60,394 nt of DNA. Source: Candidatus Poseidoniales archaeon. GTDB taxonomy: Archaea; Thermoplasmatota; Poseidoniia; Poseidoniales; Thalassarchaeaceae. Below are positions 37,803 through 46,525 of the stretch, one piece after another. The translations under genes were made by a program, and so were the position numbers. Under the pieces are notes generated by a model that saw nothing but the letters and a program-made list of their open reading frames with translations, was not told the origin of the DNA and ran no database searches. How positions within the stretch are numbered: the stretch's first letter is position 1; each line of letters opens with the position of its first letter. Where the stretch lies: the NCBI GenBank assembly GCA_003602515.1, contig QQSB01000062.1, positions 927 through 61,320 of the forward strand, in the 5' to 3' direction.

Positions 37803-38939
37803 TCACGAAATCGACAAACCATGATGCTTGCCTGCACTTGCCGTTCGATGCAGGAACCTCTCGAAATGAATCCTCGGGTATGTGGAGCGCTGCAACCCCA
37901 CATCGCACTCAGATAGCGCGTCTAGCATCTCCTCTCTGAGTGTTTGTGGTACGCTTAGCCTCCTGCCGACGATGACGTCGTGGATCTGTGATATCAGATC
38001 GGTCGCATCAAGACCGTGGTTGTTCATGAGGTCATCCACCTCTGCCATCGCTCCAGAGAGGGTTTTCCTATTCCTGCCTCCACGATTTTCCCACTTCCAC
38101 TCTACTACCTTGCCCCTGATTGCCAACTCCACGAGTCTCCTACCTGCTTGGAGAGTTGATGCCTGTACCATCTTGTGAACCGAAGACCTATCCGAAACGA
38201 GGTCTCTGATGTCAAGCATCTCGAGAGTGAAGATTGCCTTCTTCAGATTGCCGTCCGAGATATATGCGATATCTGCCAACACTCCATCAGCGGGTTCGCA
38301 GCCGTTCCTCTCTGCAATCTCAGAAAGTGTTGTTGTGATAATTTCTCTTCCAGTAGAGGGGATACGGATCATCTGGCTTCGAGAGCGGAGTGCATCTATT
38401 ATCCTCGATGGGGCTCGAGCAATCAGTACAAACCTTGAGGCGGCTCCCACCGTTTCCATCATCCTTCTGAGGTATGCCTGGCGAATATGGCCCAAGTAGT
38501 CCGCATCCTCAATAACGATTAATCGGCTAATTGGGATAGTGCCGATCTTGACCTCGCCCTCCGAGCCGGCCGGAGCAACCTCTTCGGAATCGGAAATAGA
38601 AATGCCCCTATCGAATGCGTCTAGGCTGGTCCTACCTGCAAGTGTATCCTTCTCGGAACCGCTTGGCCTTAGGAACTCCTCGAACGTAGCCATGGCTCCT
38701 CTCTGCCTAGCGAGGTCGCGCGCTTGCAAGATGTGTGTCGTAGACTTCCACCCCGGACCGAGGATCTGCCTCGCGAAGAGTCGCCAACATGCCGTCTTTC
38801 CGACCCCGGCCGGACCGGTAATCAGCAGGTGGGGCGGATCGACAGAGGTGCTCGTGGACAGTAAAGTCTGTTTCACAGCCTCAGGCACCGCTAGCTCTTC
38901 GAACCTTGATGGTGCCTCTGTCACGAGCCAACTCGCCAT
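37803..38939 (-). CDS. Replication factor C small subunit-like clamp-loader AAA+ protein (divergent)
   Basis: W.....PSRFEEL, PPHLLITGPAGVGKT, IEDADYL, QAYLRRMME, IIDALRSR, GNLKKAI..L. Confidence 0.85.
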   Translation of the reverse strand: MASWLVTEAPSRFEELAVPEAVKQTLLSTSTSVDPPHLLITGPAGVGKTACWRLFARQILGPGWKSTTHILQARDLARQRGAMATFEEFLRPSGSEKDTLAGRTSLDAFDRGISISDSEEVAPAGSEGEVKIGTIPISRLIVIEDADYLGHIRQAYLRRMMETVGAASRFVLIARAPSRIIDALRSRSQMIRIPSTGREIITTTLSEIAERNGCEPADGVLADIAYISDGNLKKAIFTLEMLDIRDLVSDRSSVHKMVQASTLQAGRRLVELAIRGKVVEWKWENRGGRNRKTLSGAMAEVDDLMNNHGLDATDLISQIHDVIVGRRLSVPQTLREEMLDALSECDVGLQRSTYPRIHFERFLHRTASAGKHHGLSIS

Positions 38940-38978
38940 GGACGTATGGGAGAGAGGGAGGACTTGAACTCAACGATG

Positions 38979-39242
38979 CTACTCTGCCTTGAGAACCTTG
39001 ACCATGCCGTCCTTTCGAGGCTTGACGAAAATTCGATATCCACACTTATGGCAGGACTTTCCGGTCGAGCCGGCCTCGGCCCATGCCATGAATCCGCAGT
39101 TAACGCACTTGTAGCGAATCTCCAGGGGGTCCATGGGGGCGTTGCAATGGCTGCATTGCTGCTCTGAAGTAGGGTTATACTCCCTCTTATCGGTCCTGTT
39201 GCAGTTCCTGCACTTGTATAGGATCTTCTTATCGGCCTTCAT
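38979..39242 (-). CDS. rpoP: DNA-directed RNA polymerase subunit P (Rpo12) with extra N-terminal zinc ribbon
   Basis: C-half YKCVNCG...CHKCGYRIFVKPR...VKVLKAE is the Rpo12 signature. Confidence 0.75.
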   Translation of the reverse strand: MKADKKILYKCRNCNRTDKREYNPTSEQQCSHCNAPMDPLEIRYKCVNCGFMAWAEAGSTGKSCHKCGYRIFVKPRKDGMVKVLKAE

Positions 39243-39284
39243 TGCTATCGAACCGGCGACCTACCGGGCCTTCTTCAACCTGTC

Positions 39285-39875
39285 CTATGCTGATTTGGCA
39301 GATTTGCATATCCTAACGAAGTTCTCAAAGATGTTCGAGCCGAACTCTGTATCATTGACCTCTGGATGGAACTGGAGGCCGAATCTGTCCAGATCCTCGT
39401 TCTGCATTGCTTGTACCTGGCATGACTCGCTGTGTGCGATTTCCACAAACCCCGGTGGGGTAATGGTAACCTCGTCGTTATGGCTCTCCCACACCGTCTG
39501 TTCTGATGGAGTCCCCCTGAATAGGGGGCCACCATCGCCCACTAGGGAAATGATTGCAGCGCCGAATTCAGGTTTGGGGGCTTCGCCTGCATCGCCACCA
39601 TAGTGGCGTGCCATGAACTGATGACCTGCGCAGATTCCCAGAATGGGGATGTCCAGTGAGAGATAATCAGCGCAATTCCCGAGTTCCCCCGTAAGCCCGA
39701 CACGGGCAGCCCCCCCTGACAATATCAGACCGTCTAATTCCCTGAGTTCCTCTAATGGTGTGTTGTTTGGAAGAATCTGTGTTTCTACGCCCAGGTACCG
39801 TAGCATTCTCCACTCTCTGTGTGTCCATTGGCCTCCGTTATCGATCACATCGATGACTGCCTGGTCGGCTCCCAT
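39285..39875 (-). CDS. guaAA: GMP synthase, glutamine amidotransferase subunit A
   Basis: DNGGQWTHREWR, PILGICAGHQ, SHNDEV, QFHPEV. Confidence 0.95.
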   Translation of the reverse strand: MGADQAVIDVIDNGGQWTHREWRMLRYLGVETQILPNNTPLEELRELDGLILSGGAARVGLTGELGNCADYLSLDIPILGICAGHQFMARHYGGDAGEAPKPEFGAAIISLVGDGGPLFRGTPSEQTVWESHNDEVTITPPGFVEIAHSESCQVQAMQNEDLDRFGLQFHPEVNDTEFGSNIFENFVRICKSAKSA

Positions 39876-39954
39876 GCAGGGCCTGGGTGCGGCTGGGCCA
39901 TCAATAATGCCCCCTCAAACCTTGAAAAAGGAAGGCTATCTCGGTGGAGAGCCG

Positions 39955-40030
39955 GCCCCGATGGTGTAGTGGCCTATCATGCAGCCCTGTCGAGGCTGCG
40001 ACCCGGGTTCAAATCCCGGTCGGGGCGCCA
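39955..40030 (+). tRNA. tRNA-Asp(GTC)
   Basis: Acceptor GCCCCGA/TCGGGGC, anticodon arm CAGCC-CT-GTC-GA-GGCTG, GTTCAAATC, encoded CCA. Confidence 0.97.
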
Positions 40031-40031
40031 A

Positions 40032-41210
40032 CTATTCATCGATAGGTGTAATCCAAGAGTGGAATGAGCATAGCCTTAGTTTGCTGCTATAGTCACTCTT
40101 GATGCGAAGAGTTGTGGCCGGGAATCCCTCCGGGGGGTCAGGTAGAATCGTTCGAATGGAGTGGTTGGCCTCCTCTATTCCATTTTCAGGAGCAATCACC
40201 CTCCCCCTGATCATCGATACATTCTTTCGATTGAGCAGGGGTACCAGGGAGGATAGCATCTCTATTGTCCTATGAGGGAGATTAACGATCAGCAGATCCC
40301 ATCGGCCAGTCAGCTCTGGGTTTTCGCAAAGCTTGGTTGCATCGGCGACTCCGATAATTCGATCATCGAAGACCCTGGATATTGGACTTGGTTCCTTTGG
40401 GTAACTCCGACCATCCCATCTACGGAGATTATCCATGAGCAGTTCCACGGCGTCAGTATTCAAGTCGGAAGCTAGTATTTCTCCAACGAGGCCTGGCTCT
40501 GAGAGAAGTGTGGAAAGAGCGGGTCCGACACCGCAGAACGGATCGCATACCCTAAGTGGCCTCCCGAGTGATTGGCGCAAATCCTTAGCTAGGGACAGGG
40601 TTTCTAGCCTCTCAGCCTGAAGCTTCGTAGAGAAGTATGCCCTGTTGGGGTCGCAAGCGATCGATCGGCCTGACTCCCGAACCAGAACACGAGTTCTACA
40701 GAGCGAATCAGGGATTTCATCAGTGATTATCTCGCCATCAAGCCTAGCACCAATTGGAGTAAGCTTACGAATTCTCAATTCACCCTGCACACCTTCGTCT
40801 TTTAGAATCAGGCGAATGTGAGGGTGCGACAGGAGTTTTGCCTCTGCGATATGGCGTGTGAAAGTCTCCAATTCATCCTCAATCCTAACAACCATCATGT
40901 CTGAAATGAATTCATGAGATGAGGGCCAAGCATCTCCATACTCCTTAATCTCCTCTCTGTCAACGAGTGAAGAGAGATGGTTCCACCAGTCGGAGTCTAT
41001 CTTGGAGTCGGGCAATCCATCGACGAGAGTCACCTCGTAAACATCCAGGGGGGCTGGGATTTCGATTGGCGCTCCCGGATCTAATGGAATCAGCCTGTGA
41101 TCATCTTCTTGAGAGAAAACCCTCATTCCCCCGGCTAACCAATCCCTTTCTCGGAGAATCGCTAGAGAGTCCTCCACATCGCGATTTGGGACCCTTAGGT
41201 GGCGCATCAC
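40032..41210 (-). CDS. tRNA G37 methyltransferase Trm5/Taw2 (Met-10+) family
   Basis: V.GELRIR, RESG, AYFSTKLQAER, DPFCGVGP, DLN..A..L..N, LIVNLP. Confidence 0.8.
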   Translation of the reverse strand: MMRHLRVPNRDVEDSLAILRERDWLAGGMRVFSQEDDHRLIPLDPGAPIEIPAPLDVYEVTLVDGLPDSKIDSDWWNHLSSLVDREEIKEYGDAWPSSHEFISDMMVVRIEDELETFTRHIAEAKLLSHPHIRLILKDEGVQGELRIRKLTPIGARLDGEIITDEIPDSLCRTRVLVRESGRSIACDPNRAYFSTKLQAERLETLSLAKDLRQSLGRPLRVCDPFCGVGPALSTLLSEPGLVGEILASDLNTDAVELLMDNLRRWDGRSYPKEPSPISRVFDDRIIGVADATKLCENPELTGRWDLLIVNLPHRTIEMLSSLVPLLNRKNVSMIRGRVIAPENGIEEANHSIRTILPDPPEGFPATTLRIKSDYSSKLRLCSFHSWITPIDE

Positions 41211-41261
41211 GTTGATGGGCCGGAGGCATCATCGCTTCACAATGACGGAGGCTGATGATCA

Positions 41262-41780
41262 GTGATTCGGAGCATTCTGATATCCCCTATCGGACGGTAC
41301 CTTCGAACAAGGAGGCTATTCAGAGCGGCGAAAGAGATGTCCCAGGTGAAGTCCAAGAGGCTGATGGTGATCGGTGACCCATGCAGCGGGAACTACTTCC
41401 AGTTCATGTCCAGCATGTTTCCAAACTGTGAGCATGGTGACGTGACGGTGGACCTATACGGATGCGATTCCTGCAACAGAATGGACATTAACGACATGTC
41501 TGCCTGGGAGGAATACGAGGATGACTCCTTCGTAGTAATGGAAACAGGGGTTCTCGGGTTCTCCAAGGATGTGGAAGCGGTTATACAACAGATCAAGAGG
41601 ATCTCTGGAGGAGACTTCCTCTCTGCAGGAGGCAACCGAGGTTTCCTGTGGGTGAAGTACCTGTACAAGACTTACAGCAAGGATCTGATTCACTCCATGG
41701 ACCCATTCGACTCGAGAAAGGACGAGTACTTCTCAGGCATCAAGTTGGGGCGAAAGGGGTCGTTTAGGCTGAAGTTCTGA
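41262..41780 (+). CDS. Hypothetical protein, possibly a degenerate methyltransferase-like fold
   Basis: 172-aa ORF; VIGDP, GDVTVDL.GC, EDDSFVV...VL, IKRISGG. Confidence 0.55.
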   Translation: MIRSILISPIGRYLRTRRLFRAAKEMSQVKSKRLMVIGDPCSGNYFQFMSSMFPNCEHGDVTVDLYGCDSCNRMDINDMSAWEEYEDDSFVVMETGVLGFSKDVEAVIQQIKRISGGDFLSAGGNRGFLWVKYLYKTYSKDLIHSMDPFDSRKDEYFSGIKLGRKGSFRLKF

Positions 41781-41822
41781 ACGTAATCAGATTGATGAGC
41801 GTCGGTGGATGAGGGGAGGAGG

Positions 41823-42641
41823 ATGGCAACCGAGGACATTTCCCCCGGGCTGTGGCTGATTGGAATCGGGCCGGGCGATTTGGGGCATATGACAGAGAGA
41901 GCAAAGAGCATTGCAAAGGGATGTAGCAAGAGGTATCTCGAGGGTTACACCGCTGTTCTTCCAAAGGATCAGGAGGATCTATTGGAGGCAGAGGTGGGTA
42001 CTTGGGAGAGGCTGATGAGACCGTCCGTCGAGGACCCGGGGGGCCTACTGGACGAGGCTCGGGATAAGCCGGTGGCACTGATGGTCGTGGGCGATCCGAT
42101 GCAGGCGACCACTCACATCGATCTAGAGGCTAGATGCATGGAGCAAGGCGTCAGTTTCGAAGTAGTTCCGGGTATGTCCGCGACGTCGCTGGCAGTATCG
42201 CTATCAGGTTTGCAATCCTACAAATTCGGAAGACAGGTGACCATTCCTTACCCATATGGCCAGTATCTAGCAACCTCGCCGCTGGAGATGATTAATGCGA
42301 ATCGCAATAGTGGTCTGCATACCCTGGTTCTACTCGATCTGGATCCTACTGGAATGGGCTTCGATCTGCCTACTCCGATGAGTCCGGAACAGGCGGTATC
42401 GGTTCTCGAAAGGATGTCGAAAAGGTCACAGGAGAGCGAGGCTAGGGAAGGGATCGATGCAGATGTAAGAGAATGGGAGGGGATTCTTCTGAGCGATATT
42501 GGCACGAGCAGCCAGCGAGTTTCTTCTGGTTCCCTGGACGAGCTCTCTGCAATAGAGGGTGGTTATGTGCACACATTTGTGATCCCCTCGAATATGAGTG
42601 ACAACGAGAAGGAAGCATTCTGCAGAAGGAAAGAGTCCTAG
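41823..42641 (+). CDS. dph5: Diphthine synthase
   Basis: LIGIG, YLEGYT, VVGDPMQATTH.DL, SGLQSYKFGRQVTIP, GLHTLVLLD. Confidence 0.93.
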   Translation: MATEDISPGLWLIGIGPGDLGHMTERAKSIAKGCSKRYLEGYTAVLPKDQEDLLEAEVGTWERLMRPSVEDPGGLLDEARDKPVALMVVGDPMQATTHIDLEARCMEQGVSFEVVPGMSATSLAVSLSGLQSYKFGRQVTIPYPYGQYLATSPLEMINANRNSGLHTLVLLDLDPTGMGFDLPTPMSPEQAVSVLERMSKRSQESEAREGIDADVREWEGILLSDIGTSSQRVSSGSLDELSAIEGGYVHTFVIPSNMSDNEKEAFCRRKES

Positions 42642-42690
42642 GTGGCCCGACGAACTCAAGGCTTAGCCTCGTGTCCGAAGGCTCGATAGC

Positions 42691-44397
42691 ATGGCCAAGC
42701 CACCTGCAGAAGTTCGTTTCCCGGGTGACAAGAATCGCAGGAAGAGACTGAGGGTAAGAGGGATAAAACAGGCATCAAAGGAAATCCAGAAAAGGCTTGA
42801 GAAGAACCTGGATGCGCTGCTCGACAACCCAGAGGGTTTCCTGCCTGAGATAGTGGGGGAGTTGGGCAAGGTCTCGCTCTTCGGTTCGAAGGACCCAATG
42901 GCACTCACCCTGAGGGAGTTGGAGGGAGTCTCATCGAAGAGGAACGATGTCAGATGGCTCAAGAAGCGGATGGGGAAGAGGAGCGGGGGCGACGTCGCTC
43001 GCTCTCTAGCTGGAAGCCTAGTGGCCGCTTCTGAGGAGGACTTGAGCACCGTTTCAGTGTTCAAGAGCGATGTCTATGGGAATGCCAGTTACCTGAAGAG
43101 GGGAAGCGGTAGACCCGGGCACCTCGTTGGAATTCAGAACTTCAATCACCCCAGGCTTAGGCTTCTGGTGTGGGATGACCATGCCAAGGCAGGGCAATAC
43201 TTCTTCTCCTGGGACGGTGGCTTCGTCTTCACCGGCTTCGAAGCGAGTCCTCCTCCGGAATGGGTGAGTTGGACTCTCGAAAATACCTCAGTGGATCTCC
43301 AAGGAGATATGTGCAAGTGGTCCGTTGGCCTTAGCGAAGAGATCGTAGACTCCTGCACTAACACTCCCGAGGGATGGCTCAAGTTAGACTTCTCGGACGG
43401 TACGACGGTTGGCCTTTCCCAGTCTGCCCTCGCTAAGACGGACGAGCCTCTGGCTCGAAGCATAGCGGTCTCGATGATGCCGCCAAACAAGCTGGGAGAT
43501 GTCTGTGAGGCCTCTTGGATGTGGAGCCCGGAGGGCTGGCCGGATGACAGGCCTCTCCCCGAACAAGGAATGGAGAGGGTAGGGGAGGTCCTCGGCACAT
43601 GGCTAAAGATGTCCTTGGAAGACAATGTCGTTTCTCGCGCATGTAGGGCAAGTATACTGAACTCAATTTCAGATGGTTTCGTCGTCGGAAACAACTGGTT
43701 CGCAGAGGAGGACAGGCCCGGATTCCTCGAGCACATGGGAGGGACCGAGGACGAGCGTAGGGCATTGTCCTACGTACTCGACGCCGTCGATGGCGGTCTG
43801 CATGTGAGGTCAGACGGGGTGGTCCTCGACCTAGAGGACCGGGTGATTAGGTTCGAGGAGTCGTCCTGCCACCCAGTACTGGTCTCGCTCTGGGATGACT
43901 ATGGAATGTCCATCCTGAGTGAGATGTACAGCTTGGCTGGAGAAGAGGCCGAGAAGGTCCACTCCCGACAGCTGAAGAGGAAGCAGGGGTTCGGTGCATT
44001 CCTACGCGAACTGAACGATTCGCTTAGCACGGCGATGAGACTCGACAGGCTGCCGTGGGATAGCGATGACCTGCCTGATCCGCTTTCATTCGCAGACCGT
44101 CTAGTCAGGAAGGCTGCGGATGATGGCGTGGCCTCGACCGTTTCGATGGCCAGGAAAGGCAGGGGGTTGGAGTCGGCGATGGGTTGGGCGTGGCTGGTGG
44201 TGCATGAAAGGACAGAGTCCGATGCATGGAGGTTCGATGAGGAGAGTCGCGACAAGGGCGGCGACTGGGTGCCCGCTCTGACAGCTGTCTGGGATGCGGC
44301 CAAAGCGCTACTCCTAGAGGACGACATGGAGTCGAAAGCCGACTATCGCTCGTCTATGGAGTGGCTGGCGGAGGCCAGTGGTTCTGGACCCATCTGA
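42691..44397 (+). CDS. Hypothetical protein (568 aa)
   Basis: Long ORF with genome-typical codon use; no motif recognised. Confidence 0.75.
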   Translation: MAKPPAEVRFPGDKNRRKRLRVRGIKQASKEIQKRLEKNLDALLDNPEGFLPEIVGELGKVSLFGSKDPMALTLRELEGVSSKRNDVRWLKKRMGKRSGGDVARSLAGSLVAASEEDLSTVSVFKSDVYGNASYLKRGSGRPGHLVGIQNFNHPRLRLLVWDDHAKAGQYFFSWDGGFVFTGFEASPPPEWVSWTLENTSVDLQGDMCKWSVGLSEEIVDSCTNTPEGWLKLDFSDGTTVGLSQSALAKTDEPLARSIAVSMMPPNKLGDVCEASWMWSPEGWPDDRPLPEQGMERVGEVLGTWLKMSLEDNVVSRACRASILNSISDGFVVGNNWFAEEDRPGFLEHMGGTEDERRALSYVLDAVDGGLHVRSDGVVLDLEDRVIRFEESSCHPVLVSLWDDYGMSILSEMYSLAGEEAEKVHSRQLKRKQGFGAFLRELNDSLSTAMRLDRLPWDSDDLPDPLSFADRLVRKAADDGVASTVSMARKGRGLESAMGWAWLVVHERTESDAWRFDEESRDKGGDWVPALTAVWDAAKALLLEDDMESKADYRSSMEWLAEASGSGPI

Positions 44398-44463
44398 TAG
44401 AGCGAGGCATCGGATTGACTGATAGCATGAAGGTTCATTTTCCGCCGAGTGCGGCATTCAGCC

Positions 44464-44832
44464 ATGGAAGACCCGTACGAATGGATGATGGAACCGAAGA
44501 AGTGGCTTATTCTTACGCTGCTAGCCCACACTGGGCTTGGCATCATAGCCAATGCAAACGCGCATGAAGGTGACCTAGACGAGATTCTAGCCACCCTCGG
44601 CTTCATGTCGCTGATCTCTGTTTTCCTAGCTTATGCTGCGTTCATGACCGAGGGTCGTGAGCAGGCGAGGCTGGCGGCTGTGATTTGCGGACCGGTGTTT
44701 GTCTGGTTCATCGTCTGCATGGCTCTAGGGCTTGAGTTCATGTCCAGCACGTTCACCATCCAGGAGATTGCCCCGGCCCTGATGATCTGGGGCGTACCGG
44801 CTTTGGTAGGCATATTGAACTGGAATAATTGA
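44464..44832 (+). CDS. Hypothetical membrane protein (4 TM helices)
   Basis: Four hydrophobic segments. Confidence 0.65.
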   Translation: MEDPYEWMMEPKKWLILTLLAHTGLGIIANANAHEGDLDEILATLGFMSLISVFLAYAAFMTEGREQARLAAVICGPVFVWFIVCMALGLEFMSSTFTIQEIAPALMIWGVPALVGILNWNN

Positions 44833-44836
44833 TTCC

Positions 44837-45265
44837 ATGGCACTAGAGGTTCCTCCTGCATCCTCGCACGCCGTTCACAATGTGATGGTCGCTAACAAGT
44901 CTACCAATACTAAGCCCGAATTAATCGTTCGAAGGCTCCTACGAGATGCAGGTTTTCCGGGTTACCGTCTCCATTGGAGGATTGATGGAGACGGGGGCAG
45001 GTACATCTGCAGGCCCGACATATCGTTCCCTGGGAGGAAGCTGGCAATCTTCGTCCACGGCTGCTTCTGGCATAGGTGTCCGAAGTGTGACCTTGATCTT
45101 CCCAAATCGAACGTCGACTATTGGAGCCAGAAGTTCGAGAATAACGTCGAAAGGGACAGGAAAAAGGAGGCTTCTCTGCAGGAGATGGGATGGAGGGTCC
45201 ATACGATTTGGGAGTGTGAGTTGGACGATGGTGCTTCCCAGGTTGTAGAGATACTGAACAATTAG
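44837..45265 (+). CDS. vsr: Very short patch repair endonuclease
   Basis: M.ANKS.NTKPEL..R..L...G..GYRLH, RPDI, FVHGCFWH, YW..K...NVERD, GWRV..IWEC. Confidence 0.93.
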   Translation: MALEVPPASSHAVHNVMVANKSTNTKPELIVRRLLRDAGFPGYRLHWRIDGDGGRYICRPDISFPGRKLAIFVHGCFWHRCPKCDLDLPKSNVDYWSQKFENNVERDRKKEASLQEMGWRVHTIWECELDDGASQVVEILNN

Positions 45266-45280
45266 GAAACAGGATTTGAA

Positions 45281-46525
45281 ATGGGTGACGGTCCGGCTCA
45301 ACACGTGAGAGCCCTAACATTCCTCAAATTTCTGCGTGAAATAAGGAAGGACGGGCCAGCTGATCTCGATTGGATTCAGAAACAGGGCTTGCTAGCTGTA
45401 AAGTTGACTCAGATATTCGCCCTTAGGCCAGATATGCTCAGTATCGAAAAGTGCATGCAGCTTCAGAAGATGTACAGGAATGCCGCTACAATCCCCAGCG
45501 AGGACGTACTCGAGATACTCAAACAGAAGGCTCCTGAGTCTTTTCATGCGTCCATCTCATGGTTTGATGAGGAGCCACTAGCAGCCGCTTCGGTTGGCCA
45601 GGTTCACAGAGCCAGGTTGACCGGTGGGGAGGAGGTTGTGGTCAAGGTGGTCAAGTCTGATCACAAAAAGAGGTTCCAAAAAGATGTGAGCAGGATGGTG
45701 AGGATGATGAGAGTAGCTATCGCACTCTCTCCCAAGCTGCGTAGGGTTGGCAATCCAATCGCTCTTTTGAGACACGTAGAGGACTACACAACTCGGGAGC
45801 TGGATTTGCGCAACGAAATCAGTGGCGGGAGGGAGCTGATGGAAATCAGAGATGGTCTCGTGGATGATTTCCCCATGCCTCGGCTAAAGTTCCCGAAGTA
45901 CTTTCCCGAGTTGTCAAACGAGCACGTGCTCGTTTCTGAATTCGTTACTGGAAAGACCCTGGAAGAGCGAATATTGGACGAAGACCTGCCTTGGGAATAT
46001 CTAATCGAGTTATTCAGAATCCACGGAGCATACATGTTTGGGATTGGGACTTTCCATGGCGATCTCCATCCCGGTAACTGCTTGATTGATGATGACGGAG
46101 ATTACGTTTTCATAGACAATGGTGCCATTTGCCAGGCCCCTCGTGGGGTTAGCCTCCCCCTGTTTGAGTTCTTTGAGGGGCTCTCAAAAAATCAGTTGGA
46201 TGAAGCATTCGAGGCTCTGCTAGGATTGGCCGAAGAGAGGCCGTCTGAGGACAGAGTAGTCCGATTCAAAACACGCATGTCGGAGATCTATCAGGGATTT
46301 GGGGAGAAGAGCGTTGGTGAGCAGAGTCTTACTGACCTGATGATGAAGACGGTAAGGACGGCCGTCGAAGATGCTGGTGCTGACTTCGGAGAGGAGGCCT
46401 TTCCCATCATTCGATCCCTGATGTACATGGATGGGTTGGTAATCAGGACTCATCCAGAAGTCAAGTTGATTGCTGAGATGGGCCCGTCCCTGGTTGAGTT
46501 CAGGGAAGGCCTGAGCATGGAGTGA
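45281..46525 (+). CDS. ABC1/UbiB/AarF atypical kinase
   Basis: KL.Q....RPD, PLAAASVGQVHRARL, VVVKV, ELDL..E, FHGDLHPGN, ID.G. Confidence 0.92.
   Translation: MGDGPAQHVRALTFLKFLREIRKDGPADLDWIQKQGLLAVKLTQIFALRPDMLSIEKCMQLQKMYRNAATIPSEDVLEILKQKAPESFHASISWFDEEPLAAASVGQVHRARLTGGEEVVVKVVKSDHKKRFQKDVSRMVRMMRVAIALSPKLRRVGNPIALLRHVEDYTTRELDLRNEISGGRELMEIRDGLVDDFPMPRLKFPKYFPELSNEHVLVSEFVTGKTLEERILDEDLPWEYLIELFRIHGAYMFGIGTFHGDLHPGNCLIDDDGDYVFIDNGAICQAPRGVSLPLFEFFEGLSKNQLDEAFEALLGLAEERPSEDRVVRFKTRMSEIYQGFGEKSVGEQSLTDLMMKTVRTAVEDAGADFGEEAFPIIRSLMYMDGLVIRTHPEVKLIAEMGPSLVEFREGLSME

Noticed and set aside
37525-37939. ORFs overlapping tRNA-Arg (and 39760-40067 over tRNA-Asp)
   Set aside because: Shadow ORFs across tRNA genes
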